Of a DNA stretch of 64,000 nt, positions 16,490 to 54,280 are shown in pieces. How positions within the stretch are numbered: the stretch's first letter is position 1; every line of letters starts with the position of its first letter. The DNA comes from the human T2T-CHM13v2.0 reference genome, Homo sapiens: assembly GCF_009914755.1 (NCBI RefSeq), contig NC_060943.1; one strand, written 5' to 3'. Under the pieces are notes generated by a model. The model saw only the letters and a program-made list of their open reading frames with translations, was not told the DNA's origin and did not search any database. The position numbers and the translations under genes are program-made.

Positions 16490-16629
16490 TGACCGTATCT
16501 ACTTAAACTAAAAGGCGACTCACCTCCCTTCTTGTCTGTTAAGGCTGCCCTAGCAAATTAATACAATAAGCTTGTTCCTGTTGGTCTTAGTCTGATTGAG
16601 AAAGAACCCTTGACTGCTTTGACCCATAG

Positions 16630-17288
<659 letters not shown>

Positions 17289-17360
17289 TTAAGGGAACCA
17301 GCAGATTCCGTCGTGATCTCTTTGGCTCCCAGGCTACTGTGTAAGAATTGCAACTCCCCA

Positions 17361-19680
<2,320 letters not shown>

Positions 19681-19967
19681 TAAAAAGCACTCAGCGTGGG
19701 ATTTTCAATAAATAGTTACTGAATGAGTAAATCAAAAGCAGTCAATGTTACATATGATGATCAGGGCATTTTCAGTTGCAAGCAACAGAAATCTAAGTCA
19801 AACTGGCTAAAGGAGAAACAAAAATTCACTGGCCATCTTATTGTAAGACAATAGTGTAGCTTAAACAATAAAAACAAATTGAATTCTCTTTCCCATAGTA
19901 GCTCCGGGGTGAATGACCTTGTGAGGCTGTGCGTGTGGCCATCATTCAGGAACCCAGATTCTTTCGG

Positions 19968-20143
19968 ATTGTTGCTTAAAGTGTAGTCCCGAGACCAGCA
20001 GCAGCCTCTGGCAATTCATAGGAAATGCACATTCCCAGGTTCCCCCAAGACCTACTAAGTCGGAAGCTCCGGGGGCAGGACCCAGAAAACTGTGCCCTAA
20101 CAAACTCTCCAGGGAATTCTGATGCCCACTTTGAGAGCCACTG
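19968..20143. mobile_element. MER5A (hAT-Charlie MITE) inside an old MLT1
   Basis: aaagtgtagtccc...gaaatgcacattc...gacctactaagtcggaagctc...tttgagagccactg. Confidence 0.75.
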
Positions 20144-20409
20144 ACCTCATGCTCTGTCAGCATTTGCATAATTGAATGTGCCACCTCTGAGTGACTTGGT
20201 GAAAGGGAAAAAAGAGAAAGTTCAGAGCAAGACATTTCCTTGAAAGCAGGTAAAGTGGAAATTGCGCAAGTCATGTCCAACTGCAAGCCACTGGGGAGGA
20301 CCCAGTCATGTGGCTGCAGCCAACCTCAAGGGAGGCTGGGAAATGTAGTCCCCAGCCAGGCAGCCATGTGCCTGAGGAGAAGAGGAGATGGGCTTTTGCT
20401 GTCCAAAGG

Positions 20410-20685
20410 TTTTTGTTTGTTTGTGTTAAGAGACAGGACCTCACTCAGTTCCCCAGGCTGGAGTGCAGTAGCTGCAGCCTCAATCTCCCAGGCTCAAGGG
20501 AGCCTCCTGTCTCAGCCTCTCAAGTAGCTGGGACTACAGGTGCATGCCACCATACCCAGCTAATTTTTGCATTTTTTTAGAGACTAGGTCTCAACATATT
20601 GCCCAGGCTGGTCTCAAACTCCTGGGCTCCATTCACCTGGGCCTTCCAAAGTGCTTGGATGACAGGCATGAGCCACCACTCTAAG
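20410..20685 (-). mobile_element. AluJ
   Basis: Diverged Alu with internal deletions. Confidence 0.85.
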
Positions 20686-20809
20686 CCCCTGTCCAAAGCT
20701 TAAGACTGCTGCAGCCATACTCCTCAGGGTCCCAAAGTCTTCCTTGTTACCTGAAAGCAGAAATAAATAGTTCTGAGGTGCCAGCAGTTTTCATGGACAC
20801 CTCCCCAGG

Positions 20810-21523
<714 letters not shown>

Positions 21524-21607
21524 TTAAAGGTTTTGCTCCCCAGCATCAGTTTAACCACCTGGAAACAAGAGGCCAGAAATTGCTGCAGGCAGGGAACAGA
21601 GGTCTTA

Positions 21608-22132
<525 letters not shown>

Positions 22133-22656
22133 AGTCCAGAGGGGAGACATTGTTAGGAGAAGAGGCCTCTAAGAAGGTGAAGAGCGTGCCTGAGACCCTT
22201 CCCAGTGTAGCTCCGGCAGTCCTCAGCCTCAGTCTTCCCTGGGTCCTTGTGGATGACAAAGAAGCCCCCATCACAAAGAAGCACCATTGATTGGGTCTGC
22301 AAAAGACCCAGTGGGACTCACAGGAGCTCACATCAGGGTCACTGGAGTCAAGGGCCTCCATACCACAGGCTCACCACATCTGGGATCTCACCACTCGCAC
22401 TAAATATGGGAATAGGAAACCTCACCCAGTGTGGGTCCCAAGGAGCAGGCTTCTAGTCTGGGAAATCATGTCTCTTTTGATGGCACTCGCAGTTCCTCCT
22501 TCCCTGGCTCTAGTCTACACTTATTACTGTGCTCTACAAAGCCCTGTGTGTCTAACTCCTGCATAGTAATCCAAGTAGCAGAAACACTTTCTTTTTATTA
22601 AAATTCATTCTCCCATTCCTCCCTTTAGTAATAAGATGATTGTGGCTGCCCAATTA

Positions 22657-22869
<213 letters not shown>

Positions 22870-23169
22870 TCATGCACCTAAGTTCAAGCCCTTATGAGCT
22901 CAAGTGATGTGTACAGCTTCTGGTCAGTTCCTATAAATAAAGATGCTGGCCCTTGACTGTCTTCCTTTCTCCTTCCTGGCTGGGGAACAACTACAGCAGG
23001 AACATAACTAAAGAGAGAAGCCATTTCTTAAAGATATCAAAGCCAATTCACAAGCCTGAACACCCTCATGAAGCAAAAGTGTCTGCCTGCCCCAGACCAG
23101 CCACCTACCTTTGGATAGAGGGAGAGAGAGAGAGAGAAAAAAGTTCATCTTAGTTAAGCCACAGTCTTT

Positions 23170-25300
23170 CATTAGCTATTTTCACTGTCTTAAACTCTCT
23201 TTTATATTTTTCTTCTTTTATTTTCTCTGTGCCTCAGTCTAGATATTTTCTAGTGGCCTGACTTCCAGCTCATTCATCCTGCCTTCTGCTGTGTCTAATC
23301 TGTTGTTAAAGCACATTGACTGAATTCCTTGTTATTATTATTTGTATAAATTTAAGGGGTGCAAGTGCAGTTTTGTTACATGGATATATTGCATAGTGGT
23401 GACATCTGGGTTTTTGGTGTAATCATTACCTGAATGGTGTACTTCGTATCCATTAAGTCATTTCTCATCCCTCGCCCCCTACCACCCTCCCACTCTTCCC
23501 AGTCTATTATTTCACACTCTATCTGTGTATACACATTATTTAGCTTCCACTTATAAGTGAGAACACGGGGTATTTGACTTTCTGTTTCTGAGTTGTTCCA
23601 CTTAAGAAAATGGCCTCTAGTTCCATCCATGCTGCTGCAAAATACATGATTTCATTCCTTTTTATGGCTGAGTGGTATTCCATTGTGTGTGTGCACACAT
23701 ACACACCACACACACACACACACACACGCATATATAATTTTCTTTATCCAGTCATCCATTGCTGGACACTTAGGTTGATTTCATATCTTTGCTATTGTGG
23801 ATAGTGCTGCTGTAAACATACAAGTGCAGGTATCTTTTTTCTTTTTTTTGAGATGGAGTCTTGCTCTGTTGCCCAGGCTGGAGTGCAGTAGTGCAATCTC
23901 TGCTCACTGCAACCTCTGCCTCCTGTGTTCAAGTAATTCTTGTGTGTCAGCCTCCTGAGTAGCTGGGATTACAGGCACATGCAACCATGCCCAGCTAATC
24001 TTTTTGTATTTTTAGTAGAGACAGGATTTCTCCATGTTGGCCAGGCTGGTCTTGAACCCCTGACCTCAGGTGATCAAGTGTTGGGGCCTCCCAAAGTGTT
24101 GGGATTATAGGCATGAGGCCACCATGCCCAGCTATCTTTGCCTCTTTGATGTAATGATTTATTTTCCTTTGGGTATATACCCCATAGTGGAATTGCAGGG
24201 TTGAATGGTAGTTCTATTTTTAGTTTTTTGAGAAATCTCCATACTGTTTTCTGTTTTCTATAGAGATTGTACTAATTTACACTCCCACCAACAGTATATA
24301 AGTGTTCCACTTACTGAATTCTTAATTTCAGTTATGGTACTTTTCTACTCTAGAATTGCCCTTTCTCTGGTAAAATTACCCATCCTTTCATATAATCCCT
24401 GCATGTTTTTTTCTTTTGTCTTGAGCATATTAATTCTAGCTATGTAAGATCCTTGTCTGGTAACTCCAATATTAAGATTATCCATGGGTCTATGTATACT
24501 ATCTGTTTTTTCTCTTGCTTTTCAGTCATTTGGTCTCGCCTCTAGCATGTCTAGCTATTGAATGTCAGGCATTGTACATGAAAAATTGTACATACTGCCC
24601 CAGAGAGGAAATTATCTTTATGCAGATAGAGTGGTGCTCATCACTTTAATTCAGTCAAAAACTGGGCTGAATCTAGACTGGGTTGCCATTTTGGAAAGGC
24701 ACCATGCATATCTAGTTTGCACTTGCTCATGGATTTTCAACCTGGAGCCTGGGTTATAACCTGGGGGTCCATGATCCTGGCAGCTCTTGAACTCTTCTTG
24801 TCTCTTCAGCATTGCAAGTCTGCTGAAACTCTATTCTGCTTTTCAGAGGCTTTCTTCCTGGCTTCTTAGACTCTACCCCATGTAGCTTCAGAGTTCTGCA
24901 ATGTCCTCAAACAGGAACCAGAAAATCATTAGGCTCTTTTTAACTTCTCCTTTCCCCAGGTCCTAGTCCTTCAAGTCTAATTTTGTCCTTCCTGCTCTTT
25001 GGGTGTCTGAGAAGGATTCTTCTGCCCAACTCTTTTGCCCAGATCTTCAGTCTCCTTCCCCATACCCAGAAGCATCAAATGCCCTGGAGACAGAAACTGC
25101 AAAATGTTGGCTCAGCTCAGCTCTCTATACTGTTCCCCCATATTTGAGATTTTGTTCTCTTGACTCCTAGTTGCCTTAGCAGCTCACCAATGCTTTGAAA
25201 TAATCATTGCTGCTTTTTACATTTTTAATTGGCATTTCAAATTACTCCTAGCAGCACTATTGGTCTTTCATAAACAATTTCATCATATCCAGAATCATGG
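23170..25300 (-). mobile_element. Old L1M fragments with nested L1MA 3' end (23330-24310) and Alu (23835-24133)
   Basis: L1 3'UTR/ORF2 end on minus strand (MEYHSAIKRNEIMYFAAAWMELEAI). Confidence 0.8.
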
Positions 25301-25421
25301 GTCATTGTATTTTGAGGTTTTTTGGTATTCATAGCTTAGCCTGTACCCTGACTAACACATAACTTGGCACCTGGTAGTGGCACTGCAGTAACAAAACCCT
25401 AAAATATGTGACATTGGCTTA

Positions 25422-25862
<441 letters not shown>

Positions 25863-25939
25863 TCATCTGCAATAACATGGAAGAGAGTCCACATACTTAT
25901 GAAATCTATGGTTTAGGGAGCTGTTAAAAAATAGGATTT

Positions 25940-27510
25940 TTTATTGTAGTAAAATATATATAACATAAAAGTTGCTATTTTAACCACTTTTAAGTGTGCA
26001 ATTAAGTGGTATTAATTGCATTCACAATGTTGTGAAACCATCACCACTATCTATTTCTAGAACTTTTAATCACCCCAAACAGAACTCTGTAATCGTTACT
26101 TAGGGAATAATTTGTTGTTATAATTTTTAAATTGAGATATCATTCATCTACTACAAAATTCACCTCTTTTAAAGTATACAATTTAGTGTATTTTATATAT
26201 TCACAAAGTTGTGCAACCATCACCACAATCTAATGCTTGACCTTTTTCATTGCCCTAAAAAGAAACCCCATACCCGTTAGTAATCACTCTCCATTCTCTT
26301 CTACCCCCAGGCCTTGGCAACCTCTAACCTACTTTCTGTCTATGTAGATTTGCCTATTCTGGATATTTTATAAAGATAGAATCATACATTATGTGGCCTT
26401 TTGTGTCTGGCTTCTTTCACTGAGCATAATGTTTTATGGGTTCATCCATGTTGTATCATGCATTCAAATTTCATTCTTTTATTATGGCCGGATAACATTC
26501 CATTGTATGGATATCCTAAAATTTATTTATCTATTCATCAGTTGGGAGACATTTAGGTTATTTCTATTTTGGGAATCTTATAAATAATACTGCCCTAAAC
26601 ATTCATGTATGAGTTTTTGTGTGAACATATGTTCTTGGGTATATATCTAGGAGTGGAATTGCTGGGCCATATGGTAACTCTATGTTTAACTTTTGAAGAG
26701 CTGCCAAGTTGGTTTCCAAAGTTGCTATGCCATTTTACATTCCCCACCAGCAATGCAAGAGAATTATAATTTTTTCCACATCTTTTCCAAGACTTGTTGT
26801 TGTCTGTCATTTTTATTAAAGCCGTCATAGTGGGTATAAAGTATCTCATTGTGATTTTGATTTGCATTTTCCTAATGACTAATGATGTTGCCTTCTTTTC
26901 ATGCACTTCTTGATCATTTGTATATCTTCTTCGAAGTAATGTCTATTCAAATTATTTTCCCATTTTAAATTGGGATTGTTTATATTTTGTTGTTGTTGAG
27001 TTGCAAGAGTTATATAATATATATACATATTTCTTGGATGCTAGACTCTTACTATATATATAATTTACAAATATTTTATCCTATTCAGTTTGTTGTCTTT
27101 TTACTTTCTTGATGGTACCCTTCAAAGTGTGAAAGTTTTACAATTTGATGATGTCCCATTTATCTATTTTTTTCTGTAGTAGTTTATGCCTTTCATGACA
27201 TATTTAAGAAACCATTGCCTAGTTTAAGATCATCAAGACCTACTCTATGTTTTCTTCTAAGATTGTATATTTTTAGCTGTTACAATTAGGTCTTTGATTT
27301 GTTTTGAGTTAATTTTTGTATATGGTGTGAGGTAGGGTTCCAGCTTTATTCTTTTGCTTGTTGATATCCAATTATCCCAGCACCATTAGTTAAAAAGACT
27401 ATTCCTTCCCCCATTAAATGATCTTGGCACTCTTGTTGAAAATCAATTGACCATGAATGTGAGAGTTCATTTCTGGAATCTCAATTCTATTCCATTGATC
27501 TATATGTCTG
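25940..27510 (-). mobile_element. L1M(B)-type 3' ends and ORF2 C-terminal remnant
   Basis: Minus-strand translation TSLVIRKMQIKITMRY...WKRCGK resembles L1 ORF2 C-terminus. Confidence 0.85.
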
Positions 27511-27919
27511 TGGGTGAATGGTTTTTAAAAGGCAGGATATTGATGTATTCTGGCTACTTCCTGCTGCTTTTAAAAAATCGTAAGTCAGAAATGCTCCCAG
27601 GCAAGAATTGACCAGTTCACAAACAAAAATGGACAGAAGTAAAATTCAGCAAAGGAAAGAGGCATTTTCTTTCTTTAGCCTAACATCTAAATGTATTGTG
27701 AGTCTAGAGGCTTGGAGTCTTACAGATTGACAAGGTTACTAAACAACAAGAGAGAGCCTCCAAGCCTTTTTGAGAATTGACATTAAGATTTTGTGGCCGG
27801 AAAAGGAGAATCAGACCAGAAGCAAAAATCTGATTTCATATATTATTGTTCCATTCAAGATTGTTGTTTCCAATGGTCTCAAATAGCTGCTATAAATATG
27901 GAGTGATCACAGGAACTAT

Positions 27920-29210
<1,291 letters not shown>

Positions 29211-29399
29211 AAAAATCTAAATGCTTAAGAATTATATCTGGAAGAGATCTTTAGGGGTGGGACTCATAAATGGAATTGATTGGAAGCAAATAGACCAAAA
29301 ACTTACCAAGCATTTGAGGAAATTTTCTTACTAAGGAAACCATAAGCCTGATCTATAAAAGACTAATTGCTCAATGTCTCAGAGAGGTGAGTTGACTTC

Positions 29400-29770
29400 T
29401 GAAGAGTCCCTGAAGACATACAGAGAGGAAATGGTGCAGAAGCAATATCGAAAGACATAACATCTGCAAATGTTTCAGAACTGATGAAAGACACCAATCC
29501 ACAAATTCAAGAAGTCTTTCAAACTCAAAATAAAATAAACACAAAGGAAATCAAACACAGACACATTATAGTAAAACTCCTAAAAGACAAAGGCAAAGAG
29601 AAAAGTCTTAAAAGCAGTCATATAAAAAAAAGGGTAGATTACCTTCAAAAGAGGAACATTATTAAAGCTGACAGCTGACTTCTCAATCAGAAGACAATGA
29701 ATCATATTTTTAAAGTGCTGAGAAAAAGTAAATGCCAACATAGAACATATACTCAGTGAAAATAGGATTA
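29400..29770 (+). mobile_element. L1 ORF1 fragment
   Basis: ORF 29484-29678 MKDTNPQIQEV...RHIIVKLLKDKGKEKSLK resembles L1 ORF1p. Confidence 0.8.
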
Positions 29771-30257
29771 TGACATACTGTAGTGCCAGCTTAAACATAC
29801 TATATAAGATTCTTTTTAACTTTATGGACTCAAACTAATACTGAGCTATTTAATGAATAATCTTTGAACACCTGGATAATGTATAAGTATGGGTTAATAT
29901 ATAAGATTTTAAAAAGAAAATGAGAAAGAAAAACAGACTGTATCATGCCATCTGGATGATGGGCAAAAACAGTAAAACTAGAATTTGATGTTTTTTCTGT
30001 CTTTAAAATGACAAAGGGATCTTAAAGTATTCAGTCTGCTCTCAGCAAGGCATAGTAAAAAAGTTATTCTTTACTTTCTGTGAAATTTGTCCGGGTAGCA
30101 GAGGTTCTTGCCTTACTAAATATTCTTGTTTGAGAAGATTTAACTTTTTTTTCCTTTTTGCTGACCTTAGTCATATTGTTGAATTGTTTATTTTTTAAAA
30201 CGTGCAGTAAAAGATTGTCACTTACAAAAAGCTAAATTCCCTTATAGTTACCTTCTA

Positions 30258-31422
<1,165 letters not shown>

Positions 31423-31960
31423 TATATTTGATGTGCTTCTGTTTTTAAAATGATTCTACAATAGTGTAAAAACCTCCCTGATTTTTGAACACACAATGTG
31501 AAAAATGCTTTCAAACTAAAAAGATGAGTTCAGCCTTCCTTAGATTAATTTTGTGCATTAAATGTCACTATTATAAATATATCTCAGAGACTGTCCACTT
31601 TTACAGGATGGTGATGTGTCAATATCTTCAGTGTCCATAATCTGTTCTTGCCCCCAGGAGAAACATTGATCTAATTCTCTTGGAATAATTATATAGTATG
31701 CCCTAATAGAGCATTCTGTTTTCTTCTTATTAGATAGTATTAGTCACTGTAGTAAATTCCCCATCATTATTTAGTCCTACAATCAATAAGTGACTTCTGC
31801 TTTCCTTTCATGCTTTCCTGAAGGTTAGCTGGAAACTACAGGCCAGAAATTGGGTCTTGGACAAAGGAGAGTCAAAGTGCCTTGATGAATAGACAATACC
31901 TGATACCCTGAGCTATTGACACTTCAAGAAATAGGCTCACTGGGTTCAGGTTTTCCCATG

Positions 31961-33636
<1,676 letters not shown>

Positions 33637-33785
33637 CCGTGTAAACCAGCATTGTCCTCCCAAGTAAACACCTGTGATATTCTGTACCAGAAGCAGAACC
33701 AGAATTTCCAGAGTTCTTTCTATTCCATAAGTAGATTATTTCATGACGACTAACCCTGTATCTGATAAAAATAAATAAATAAATA

Positions 33786-35622
<1,837 letters not shown>

Positions 35623-35624
35623 GT

Positions 35625-35893
35625 AGGCAGTAAAAGAAAGTTCTATTCGTTCCAGACTAATAGAGTCCAGTCCAAATATACAACTCTAGATTCCTTACAT
35701 AATATCCAGACAGAAGCTAATTCTCTGGTTTTAGCAGTGCTCACCACCACATAATTCTAGATTTACTAACCATACAACAAGGAGGCCTCTGTGTGCAATT
35801 AACACCTCTTGTTTTATCTATGTAAGTTTACCAAGCCAAATAGGACAGAGCCTACGCTATATAAAGGTACAATTCAGAGACCACATGAAATAG
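35625..35893 (+). pseudogene. Retroviral env TM-subunit remnant (gamma-type: immunosuppressive domain + CX6CC-like motif)
   Basis: Three-frame reading TTLDSLHNIQTEANSLVLAVL / HHHIILDLLTIQQGGLC / AINTSCFIYVSLPSQIGQSL with two 1-nt frameshifts. Confidence 0.75.
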
Positions 35894-36165
35894 CCACCAC
35901 TGAGTCTGTGTACTAATATAAATGATATACAAACATTATTGATCATTGGGATTGGGAATATATGCCACAAACTAAGCTCCAATTTGTTTTCTATTTCCCG
36001 TAACATTTGTGAGTTATCCGATATTTTAATTAAGAATAGTACAAACCAGAATCAGACCAACCCCTTATTTTATCAATAGTTACCTTTAGAGATAACATGA
36101 TTTCAGGAGCTCTGTGCAGGAAACTTATTCAACACTTGGAAAATAAGACTTAAAAATGATTTTCG

Positions 36166-37990
<1,825 letters not shown>

Positions 37991-39240
37991 ATTGTGCCTT
38001 ATAAAAGTCCCTTTGGCTGAATGTAGAGAGAAAATTTGAGGAAAGCAGGGGTGGAAATGAGTGGCCAGATTAGAAGGCTGTTTGCTCAAGCAGGAGAGAG
38101 AGCATCGTGGCTTGGGTGAGGGTAGGGGGAGAGGGAGGTAGATTCAGATTTGGGATTGATTTTGGAGGCATGACTAACCTGTGTTCTCACGAAAATGGAT
38201 TTGTCCCCAGAGCAACTACAAGTCTATGTGACATCAAGGTTCATAAGACAGGAGAATCACCAAGGGAAAAATAGGGCCCCAACCAATAAGACAAAAGGAA
38301 TAGATGTAAGGAGAATTGGAACAGGGCCCTAAGATCTAGAAGTGCTGGTGTTGGAGGTCAACAGAGTGTCATTCACTTTGTCAGCCAGCATTTCCACCCC
38401 TCTGGTTTGGTGTCAGTGTTTATCTGCTGGCTTTCTGCTTCATTCTTAGTCATCAGCACCCTCCTTTGTACCACCAGGCTAGAAGCCTGCAAACTATATT
38501 GCCCAGCTTCCCTTGTGAGATGGCTTCCCAATAGGTTCTGCTTGCAGGAAGCACCACTTCTCAATTCTTTCTGCTTCTAGGAGGGCCTCTGGCCACAGCC
38601 AAAGAGGTGAACAAGGTCCCAGTTCCCACTGGTCATGAATTTGTAATGTGTCAATTTCATTAAGCTGAAGGAGGTTTCCCACAAGCCTTTCCCTATGCAG
38701 CTGAAAGTTAGCATGGGCCCCAGGAGACAACGTGCATAAATGTGGAAGGCAGAAGGGAAGCAGAAGCCACATGCTTTTGTGTTGGGCAGGTGGGTGCAGG
38801 CCCAGGCACTGTGGCTGTCATGCACGTTGTTTGCACCTTGAGGCTCTCCCTGGGGATGTGAGGCAGCAGCCAGGCCCCTACCTCTCCCAGCTCCCACAGG
38901 ATCCTCCTGCAGGTACACATTTAACTCCAAATCAAAGAGCAGTGACTTCTCCTGGAAGACATCCGCTCATGAAAATTGGAGTCCTGGAGACTGTGAGGGT
39001 CCCGTCTGTCTACATGGCTTCCCACTGATCCTCTCAGTTCGTCTGCCCTGGCTTCCCCACTTTGTATCCCATCTTCCCTTCCCAATACCTGCCCTGCTGA
39101 CTTCAGGCTGTACCAGCAGATGCAGAGAGATCACCCTTACATAGATGGCTCAACCAGCTTATGCAATGCATATGGTCAAATCCCTATCACCCATCCCTTA
39201 TGAATTGTGATATTCAGCTTCCTATATCCATTTACCTAGA

Positions 39241-39577
39241 TGATATGGTTTGGCTGTGTCCCCACCCAAATCTTGTCTCCGAATTGTAGCTCCCATAATT
39301 CCCATGTGTTGTGGAGGGACCTGGTGGGAGATAATTGAATCATGAGGATGGTTCCCCCGTACTGTTCTGTAGTAGTGAATACGTCTCATGAGAGCTGATG
39401 ATTTTATAAGGGTTTCCCCTTTCACTTGATTCTCATTCTCTCTTGCCTGCCACCAGGTAAGACGTGACTTTTCCCTTCTGCCATGATTGTGAGGCCTCCC
39501 CAGCCATGTGGAACTGTAAGTCCATTAAACATCTTTTCCTTTATAAATTACCCAGTCTTGGGTATGTCTTTATCAGT
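39241..39577 (+). mobile_element. THE1 LTR, 3'-truncated
   Basis: Starts TGATATGGTTTGGCTGTGTCCCCACCCAAATCT; ends at ggtatgtctttatcag. Confidence 0.9.
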
Positions 39578-39579
39578 AA

Positions 39580-40775
<1,196 letters not shown>

Positions 40776-40991
40776 TGGATACATATATGCATATCCACAT
40801 CTTACTCCTCATCATTCTCTTTCTCTGGCTGACACCTGGCTGGTACTTTGCTCTCCCAGAGCAAACCCAGAGAAGATATTTTATTTTGCTGGTATTTCAC
40901 TTTCCTACTTGCTCTTGAGCATCTGTCTTTTAAAAGCTTATATGAGAACTAACAACTCTTGTTCATGCATTCCTGCATTTATTCCACAAAT

Positions 40992-42595
<1,604 letters not shown>

Positions 42596-42620
42596 TAGTT
42601 TGAACAGTTTCTGACTTCAT

Positions 42621-46400
<3,780 letters not shown>

Positions 46401-46676
46401 AATGTTGGCTGAAGAAATGAATCTTTGAGTTGCTTAAAGAATCTCAGCTCTCTGGCTCAGGAGTCAAGGATGAGAGGAGGACAGGAGGAGATGAGTCTGC
46501 TGGGAGAGACAGAGGAGTCATCCCTGGGATGGGGATGTGAGAGGAACAGGACTGGTGGGGGAAGATGCTGAGATCAACTTGGACACGGTGAGTGGAAAGT
46601 ACCCAGCAGACATCCGGAGAGAGACATTCAGGAATCCATTGTCTAGCCAAGCCTGGAGCTCAGAGAGAGAACTGGC

Positions 46677-47650
<974 letters not shown>

Positions 47651-48267
47651 ATGCCCTTATCTCTCCATTCAGGTTTCCCATTTATACCTTTGGAATTTGT
47701 AGTTATTGATTTCCACACAATTGCAACCAAGGCTGAATGGGGCCCCGGGCTCCAGCCACAGGGCTGGGCATGACAGCCACACTGGAAGTCATCAGCACAG
47801 AGACAATGCTGGGAACATCCCTGAGAAGTGGGAGCTCCTGACTGCCCACACAAGCAACAGATGTCAGCCTTGGGCTTTTGTCCTTCAAGCTCAAGTCATC
47901 TCTCTGACCGTTTCTTGCCAGCCTCCCCAGGCACCTCCTCTTCCCTCCCCTGAGCATGATCCGTGGCTGCCCTGTGCCCAGGCCCTCTTGCCATCTTCAC
48001 CTGTTCTCCCCGATCTCATTCATTCTCACCACTTCTGTCTCTCATTCCTTTCCCTCCCTGTGCATCTCTGTCCTCAGCCCCAGTGTGTTCAGGTCTTCTT
48101 GCTGCTGTAATGAATGACTACAGGCTAAGTGGCTTAAACAATACAAATTTGCTCTCTTGCAGTTCTGAGGGGTAGAAGTCTAGCACGGGTCGCACTGGGT
48201 TAAAATCAAAGATGTGCTCCTTCTGGAGGCTCTAGGGCAGGAATCCCCAACCCCCACGCCACACACT

Positions 48268-50095
<1,828 letters not shown>

Positions 50096-50272
50096 ACTCA
50101 AGCAAGCAGAAAATGGTAAGAATAATATGATTTCTCTTTTTCAGTCCATTGTCTGTGTGCGAGATATTCATGATCATACACATTATGTTCATATACATGA
50201 TCTCACTTACCATGATCCTGACGTAGTAAGTTATCTATCACTGTGTAACAAATCAGCCCAAGATTTACTGGT

Positions 50273-52670
<2,398 letters not shown>

Positions 52671-53080
52671 TTCATTTAAAAATTAAATAAAATGCAAGTC
52701 TCCAACCATTAACAAAGGGAGTGTCAAAAAGTCATGGAAAAAAGGGTTTTTTAAAAAACAATTTAAGGAACATAAAGATAACGTTTAAAATGTAAAATAG
52801 AAGTGAATATATTTTTTCCCTGCAACTACACTGAAAGAGATACTGTTTTGCATAATAAAACTGTCTAAAGAATCTGTCCTGATAACGTAATTGAAAATAT
52901 TCCCAAGAACGCCTGTCTTGTTTTGCTGTGCGGTCAGGAGCCCTGAGTTCCTGTCACCACCTGGTCTGTTCATTTAAGACGGTCCTTGGAAAGATAATTG
53001 GAACAAAAGAGGCTTGTGAGATTCTCCTAGAAATTGTTGCCAATCTTGAGAAAAATAATCTCCCAGAGAAGCCTGCAATT

Positions 53081-53120
53081 CTGATTGGTTTTCTTCCTGA
53101 TCATCTGTTGCCATGGTGAC
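53081..53120. promoter_or_regulatory. CCAAT (NF-Y) box plus RFX X-box, copy B
   Basis: CTGATTGGTT (53081-53090) and GTTGCCATGGTGAC (53107-53120). Confidence 0.62.
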
Positions 53121-53386
53121 AGCCATCATCTCTCTATTATTAAAAGGAAGAAATGACTGTAGGTTTTCTCTCTCTAAACCAGAAGACGATCGTTGGCACT
53201 TTTCTCCCACAAACATAATGGAAATAAAAGCCTGTGACTCTGCTAGATTTTTTCAAAAAAACAAAGACATTGAGAGTCCTGTCTCATTTAAATGAATCAA
53301 AGCACTCATCCCCACGCACAGATAGACATAAATGGTGGTAGCTGTGGGCATCGCGGTTGTGGTCGGCTGTCATCTTCACTTCATCA

Positions 53387-53419
53387 GAGCGCTCACTGGT
53401 GGGTAATGAGAGAACAGCA
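53387..53419 (-). promoter_or_regulatory. Degenerate CTCF motif, copy B
   Basis: GCGCTCACTGGTGG (53389-53402) plus gagaacagca, aligned to the 16459 site. Confidence 0.45.
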
Positions 53420-54280
53420 GGGCTATCCCAGCTAGGAGACCCCCTTCCCTCCCTTCCTCTCTGGAGGGTTCACCACCCCAAATAGCCAGGCTTGCAGTGG
53501 AGGGCAGAACTAGGGACAGAAATCCCTGGATATTCTACCAAGGATGGGAGGATGGCCCCTCCTGCTCTCAGCCCCCGTCATGGTCTCCTATTGTGTACCA
53601 GACATTGTTCTATCCCCTCTACATTCTCCATGCTCACTACAACCCCTTAAGTGGGGAATTATGACTGCCCTACCTACAGATGAGGATTCCAAAACCAGAG
53701 AGGTTTAGTCTCCTGCCCAAGGTCACACATAAACTGGAGGAGCTATGAGTTATTCAAACCCAGGTCTCTCTGACAGTAGGCAGAGAACTTCAGCGTAGAG
53801 GGAATGTGGCGGGACTCAAAAGGCTCCCAATCCACCCTCAAGAGAGACTTTTCAGGACTGATTGGGTTTATCAGCAAGAGGCATCCAACATCCAGCTATC
53901 TAATAATCAGGGTGATTCATGGCTAACAGTTATTGAGCTCTCATCAAGTGCTATGTTCTGGGCTAAGTACTTTGGATGTATAATCCCACTAAATCCTCCT
54001 GACAAATTTTGGGAGAAAAATTACGATTGTGCCCATTTCACAGAAGAGAAGACTGAGGTTCAGAGAGGCCCATTATATTGCCCCAGGTCACACAGCTGGG
54101 AAGTATTGGAGCCAGGTTTGTAAACTCGTGTTTGCCTGGCTCCAAAGCTTCTACTCTTCTCCAGTAGACTATTTAGAAAGACCAGCTTTGGATATGGGTG
54201 TGGGCCTGACTCAATGCAGTAAGTGCTTTCTGGGCCCAAGTAAAGGCCCTGCCATTTTCCAATTTGCTGTTTCGTTTTTT

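Noticed and set aside
38350-39230. Apparently unique ~900-bp segment
   Set aside because: Looks like old ERVL/MaLR-type LTR sequence but the family could not be assigned by eye; no coding signal
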